A stretch of DNA of 64,000 nucleotides from Dehalococcoidia bacterium (GTDB lineage Bacteria > Chloroflexota > Dehalococcoidia > Lucifugimonadales > UBA3495): assembly GCA_965220305.1 (NCBI GenBank), contig OZ244817.1, positions 342,035-406,034 of the forward strand, written 5' to 3'. Below, piece after piece: positions 59,177 to 64,000 of this stretch. Both the position numbers and the translations under genes were made by a program. Each line of letters begins with the position of its first letter. The stretch's first letter is position 1. The notes below the pieces were generated by a model. That model saw nothing but the letters and a program-made list of their open reading frames with translations. It searched no databases and had not been told where the DNA came from.

Positions 59177-59586
59177 GTCCGAACTCCTACCAAGACCGCC
59201 GATCAAGAATTTTACACGACTTGGGGTAGGAAATTTCGACTATTCTCCGTCGGGCGAGTGCCGTGGGAGAGGTTTCTCGGGTGGGATTAGGGCTTCGCTA
59301 GATACCTTTCGAAGTGGAAAACGCACTCAGTCAATCAATGTCAGCTCTTCTATGGAGCATGGAGAACGTGCTGCGTTGAAGAATTCACCTGCAGAACTCG
59401 CACTCTTCGGTTGCGGGAAATCGAGTGGGATGATGTGCCCGGATCCTTCCCTAATACTACAACGACGGTTAATCAATTTGGTGGGAGATCACTTGTCGGA
59501 GAGTAAGGCAGCAAGGCTGTTGACCTCCTTGCGGGGCGTCCTGAAATAGCGCTCAAGGTCCATTTCCGGCAAACCGTCGTTGTAGT

Positions 59587-59604
59587 ACTAGTAATCAGTC
59601 AACC
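59587..59604. repeat. IS630 left terminal inverted repeat
   Basis: ACTAGTAATCAGTCAACC, compared with the reverse complement of 60800..60817, which is ACTAGTAGCCAGTCAACC. Confidence 0.7.
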
Positions 59605-59685
59605 TTGATGTTGAAAGTTCTGCGAGAATCTGGCCGATAGTCGTATACTGCTGGGGATGAAGTGCTGATGTCGGGGGTGGCGGTG

Positions 59686-60866
<1,181 letters not shown>

Positions 60867-60870
60867 GACG

Positions 60871-60898
60871 TTGACATTAGGTATGGTTTTTGTACTTT
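60871..60898 (+). promoter_or_regulatory. Putative sigma70-type promoter for the MerR-like / methyltransferase operon
   Basis: Perfect -35 TTGACA (60871-60876), a 16-nt spacer, then TACTTT (60893-60898). This would leave a very short leader before the ATG at 60909. Confidence 0.3.
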
Positions 60899-60908
60899 GA
60901 ATGACAAG

Positions 60909-61409
60909 ATGTTGCCATTGAATGCTAAATCGTCGACGCAAGTCCCCGGTCTGTTCACCTCGGGGGAGGTGCAGAGGATTGTTGGGTTGACCCAGCGACA
61001 GTTGGGATATTGGGATGATACCGCATTGGCGCGCCCTCATGGGCGTCCCGCGCATGGCAGTGGTAGCCGGCGGCTATACACCTTGTTAGACGTAATGCAG
61101 CTCAAGCTTATCCTTCGCCTACGTCAAGCTGGTTTATCCCTTCAGAAAATACGTCAAGCGCTATTGAACCTATATGACTTGGCGGATGAACCTGCACCAC
61201 TCACCGAACTTGACGTTGTCACTGACGGGCGCCGAATCCTGATCAGGAGGTCGAATGACCAGTTCCTGGACCCTCTTGCTCGGCAGTACGTTTTGCGACT
61301 TCTCTTGGCCGACCTGATGTCCGAAATCGAGAGACAAGTGGCAGCATCCCCGCAGGACGGAATCAGCCATGGGGTTGAAGGGATCAGCCTAGCGGGGGTG
61401 CCCCTGTGA
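60909..61409 (+). CDS. MerR-family HTH transcriptional regulator
   Basis: ..FTSGEVQRIVGLTQRQLGYWDDTAL......GSGSRRLYTLLDVMQLKLILRLRQAGLSLQKIRQAL.. is a MerR-type wHTH. The ORF-track TTG at 60897 overlaps the putative -10, so the ATG at 60909 is preferred. Confidence 0.75.
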   Translation: MLPLNAKSSTQVPGLFTSGEVQRIVGLTQRQLGYWDDTALARPHGRPAHGSGSRRLYTLLDVMQLKLILRLRQAGLSLQKIRQALLNLYDLADEPAPLTELDVVTDGRRILIRRSNDQFLDPLARQYVLRLLLADLMSEIERQVAASPQDGISHGVEGISLAGVPL

Positions 61410-64000
61410 TAGGTACCACATTGGCAATGGTGTTCGATGCCCTTGAGTACCAGGGCGATCAAGGGCTGGTAACGGTCGATACGCCATATATAGGGGATGG
61501 ACGCGCCTACATTTGGCAGGAAATCCGTGAAAAATTCGCGATGGACGCTGCCTATTTCCATGGCAATGTGCCAGTAGTTTACTTCAAGGAACTCCAATCC
61601 GTTGATGACGAATACTTGCGACGTCTGCATCGCTCGCTTTGGAACCACAATCGGGCTCCGTTGCTGATCGCCGTCCTGCCGCAAGAGGTCCGGGTTTACA
61701 ATTGCTTTGCCCCACCCCAGCGTAGCGCAGACCAATTGATGCTCGGAAATGCTACCCCGCTCAAGCAGGCGATTCGGCAAGTTTCTGATGTCCTTTCACT
61801 AAGGCAGGAGTTGTCCGAGTATGGACGACGGGAGATAGTGGCGGGTCGATTTGTGCGAGCCGAGCAAGGCGGGTTCAACCGAGAGCACCGAGTAGACAAA
61901 CGTTTGCTAGAAAATCTCAGGCAGGTGCGGCGGCGTCTGATCAAGGATGGATTATCCGAGTCGGTAGCTAATAGTCTCTTGGGAAGGTCAATATTCGTTC
62001 GTTATCTTGAAGACCGAGAAGTTATAAACGCAGACTATTTTCGTGGGTTCTCCAGTGGGTCTTCATTCCATGCCTTATTGAACGGGTCACTTGCCGAAAC
62101 CTACCGACTATTCGAAGAATTAGCCGACCGTTTCAACGGCGATCTGTTTCCCATCAATCGCCCGGAACGAGACCAGGTCAAGTTGAAACATCTTCACCTC
62201 TTAGGACGTTTTCTAGGTGGTGAAGAGGTAACTTCTGGCCAGATGTATTTCTGGGCTTATGACTTCAAATACATTCCAATTGAATTGATCAGCGCCATCT
62301 ATGAAACGTTTCTTGACGAGGAGAGGAATCAGGCCAGTGCCTACTATACACCCCCGGAAATCGTTGATTACGTTCTTAATGAGGTACTTCCTTTCGAGGC
62401 GGGAGCGCAGACCATCAAAATTCTAGACCCGGCATGTGGCTCGGGAATATTCCTTGTGGAAGCGTATCGCCGGTTGGTCATGCTCCACCGCCATGCCCGT
62501 GGGGATCAAAATCTTAGTTTTGACGAGCTTCGCGACCTGTTAACGGGGTGTATCCATGGCATAGACCTAAACGAGGAGGCGATCCAAGTCGCAGCGTTCA
62601 GTTGTTACTTGGCACTCTTGGAATTCCTAGAACCCAAGAGCATCTGGGAAGAAGTACGGTTTCCGACGCTGAAGGGCATCAATTTGTTCGTCAATGACTT
62701 TTTCGATTTGGATGCTCCGTTCAACGAGAGGCTGTATGACATCATAGTAGGGAATCCACCTTGGCAGAGCAGGCTGACTGCCAAGGCGACCGACTATGTC
62801 AGGAAGAATAATCACCCGATCGGTGATAAGCAGATCGCACAAGCTTTTCTATGGCGTGCTCCGACACTGCTTGCTGAACAAGGTCGCGTGAGCTTGCTGG
62901 CTCCCAGCAAAGGAGTGCTGTTCAATAATAATGGACCAAACCTGAAATTCCGGCAACAATTCTTCATGACCAATCAAGTGACCCAGGTTGTCGATTTTTC
63001 GGCTTTGCGACACTCGCTCTTCCGCCAGGCTGTTGGCCCGATGGTTGCCGTCTCTTATAGAACGCCGTCGGGCGACGATAGCGAGCGTAACAGTTTCATG
63101 TACCTTAACCCACACCCCTCTCCGATGTCTGAAGCATTGGCCGGCGTGGTAGTGTTCGGGGACGAAGTGAGGCGGTTTTCAGCTAACCAGGCTGCTAGCC
63201 ATCCGTACATATGGAAGGTGGCCTTATGGGGGACCCCACGTGATCTGACCTTGATTGATGATCTATGCGAGCGTTTCCCATCGCTCGAAAGGGTAGCTCA
63301 AAGTCGTCGTTGGCAGATCCGTGCAGGCCTAATAGTAAAGGGTCGTGGTGTCAGACACGTTCCCGAACTTGGGGCAATGCGCTATGTGCCGGTAGATTCA
63401 GTTCGACCATTTCATGTTACCTCTAGCCCAGAGGAGCGAATAGACAGCGAAGATTTTCATCGGCCGCGTAACATAGAAACTTACCGGGGGCCGCATGTTT
63501 TGATCCGTCGGGGTGTGATGACAGGTGGTGTTCTGGCTTCGGTTTTTATGCGAGATGATGCGGTATTTACCAATGGAATATTCAGCATAGCAGGGCCTCC
63601 CGAGGACACGGAAAATCTGAAGATCATGTGTGCTTACATCAACTCTTCATTAGCTCGTTATTACCAGTTTTTGACGGCCAGCCAATGGGGGGTTGAGCGT
63701 GATGAAATCTTGTTGACGGAGCACAAGAGTCTCCCATGTGCGATCCCTGTGGCAGACACGGGACTCTCACGCAGAATAGTGGACCTCGTTGACCGAATAC
63801 AAGAATCCAGCGGCGGATGGCATTGGCAGTCAGAACTTGATGAATTCGTATACGAGGCCTATGGCGTGACCTCGCATGAGCAGCAAACAATAGAGGACTT
63901 TCTGAGAATGGACATGGAGCGCCACTACAATGGTTCAGGGTCGAATGCATTCGAGGCACCAACTACAGTCGAGTTGACTTCATATGCGCAAGCCTTTGCA
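61406..64000 (+). CDS. Large gamma-class N6-adenine DNA methyltransferase with TaqI-like specificity domain (type IIG RM / PglX-like), 3'-truncated by the window end
   Basis: I checked line by line that this frame has no stop from 61379 to 64000 (865 codons from GTG 61406). It is absent from the ORF track, presumably because no stop lies in the window. Motifs: YYTPPEIVDYV, ILDPACGSGIFLVEA (motif I, 62426..) and IVGNPPWQS (motif IV, NPPW at 62753-62764). The GTG overlaps the MerR TGA (GTGA). Confidence 0.85.
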   Translation, partial: MIGTTLAMVFDALEYQGDQGLVTVDTPYIGDGRAYIWQEIREKFAMDAAYFHGNVPVVYFKELQSVDDEYLRRLHRSLWNHNRAPLLIAVLPQEVRVYNCFAPPQRSADQLMLGNATPLKQAIRQVSDVLSLRQELSEYGRREIVAGRFVRAEQGGFNREHRVDKRLLENLRQVRRRLIKDGLSESVANSLLGRSIFVRYLEDREVINADYFRGFSSGSSFHALLNGSLAETYRLFEELADRFNGDLFPINRPERDQVKLKHLHLLGRFLGGEEVTSGQMYFWAYDFKYIPIELISAIYETFLDEERNQASAYYTPPEIVDYVLNEVLPFEAGAQTIKILDPACGSGIFLVEAYRRLVMLHRHARGDQNLSFDELRDLLTGCIHGIDLNEEAIQVAAFSCYLALLEFLEPKSIWEEVRFPTLKGINLFVNDFFDLDAPFNERLYDIIVGNPPWQSRLTAKATDYVRKNNHPIGDKQIAQAFLWRAPTLLAEQGRVSLLAPSKGVLFNNNGPNLKFRQQFFMTNQVTQVVDFSALRHSLFRQAVGPMVAVSYRTPSGDDSERNSFMYLNPHPSPMSEALAGVVVFGDEVRRFSANQAASHPYIWKVALWGTPRDLTLIDDLCERFPSLERVAQSRRWQIRAGLIVKGRGVRHVPELGAMRYVPVDSVRPFHVTSSPEERIDSEDFHRPRNIETYRGPHVLIRRGVMTGGVLASVFMRDDAVFTNGIFSIAGPPEDTENLKIMCAYINSSLARYYQFLTASQWGVERDEILLTEHKSLPCAIPVADTGLSRRIVDLVDRIQESSGGWHWQSELDEFVYEAYGVTSHEQQTIEDFLRMDMERHYNGSGSNAFEAPTTVELTSYAQAFA

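Noticed and set aside
59145-59549. The 134-aa plus-strand ORF left of the IS630 element as a possible small island gene or toxin.
   Set aside because: It begins inside the decayed SDR relic in a shifted frame, has no recognisable motif or SD, and its surroundings are full of stops in all frames. I treated it as non-coding debris.

Overview
This is a 64-kb stretch of a G+C-rich bacterial chromosome; DnaE, MinCDE, HflX and MiaA mark it as bacterial. No finer taxonomic call is possible from sequence alone. Positions 1-54.4 kb are tightly packed core genes. They include a purine block (guaA, purD, purE, purB, purC, purS) interrupted by several unrelated small genes, and a minus-strand run pgk-apgM-tpiA-miaA-dapF-dapL-hflX. 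They also hold dnaE, minCDE, a split methylmalonyl-CoA-mutase pair with a PaaK-like ligase, two thiolase/DUF35 acyl-CoA modules, and five tRNA genes. The last ~9.5 kb, starting right after tRNA-Val(UAC), looks more AT-rich by eye (not computed) and reads as an accessory/defence island. It carries an OLD-family ATPase/Toprim gene plus a UvrD-like helicase (Gabija-like pair), both visibly damaged. It also carries a decayed SDR gene, an IS630-family element with an A7 frameshift site, and a MerR-like gene overlapping a very large N6-adenine DNA methyltransferase gene that runs off the window and is missing from the ORF track. Other signals the ORF track does not explain: (1) a UGSC-family selenoprotein gene read through an in-frame TGA at 18401-18403; (2) a P-II (glnB-like) gene broken by two frameshifts; (3) an HMG-CoA-synthase-like::DUF35 fusion whose catalytic residues look replaced; (4) a polyprenyl-synthase homologue with degenerate Asp-rich motifs. 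No CRISPR array, rRNA or integrase was seen. All family calls come from reading motifs by eye; no searches were run.
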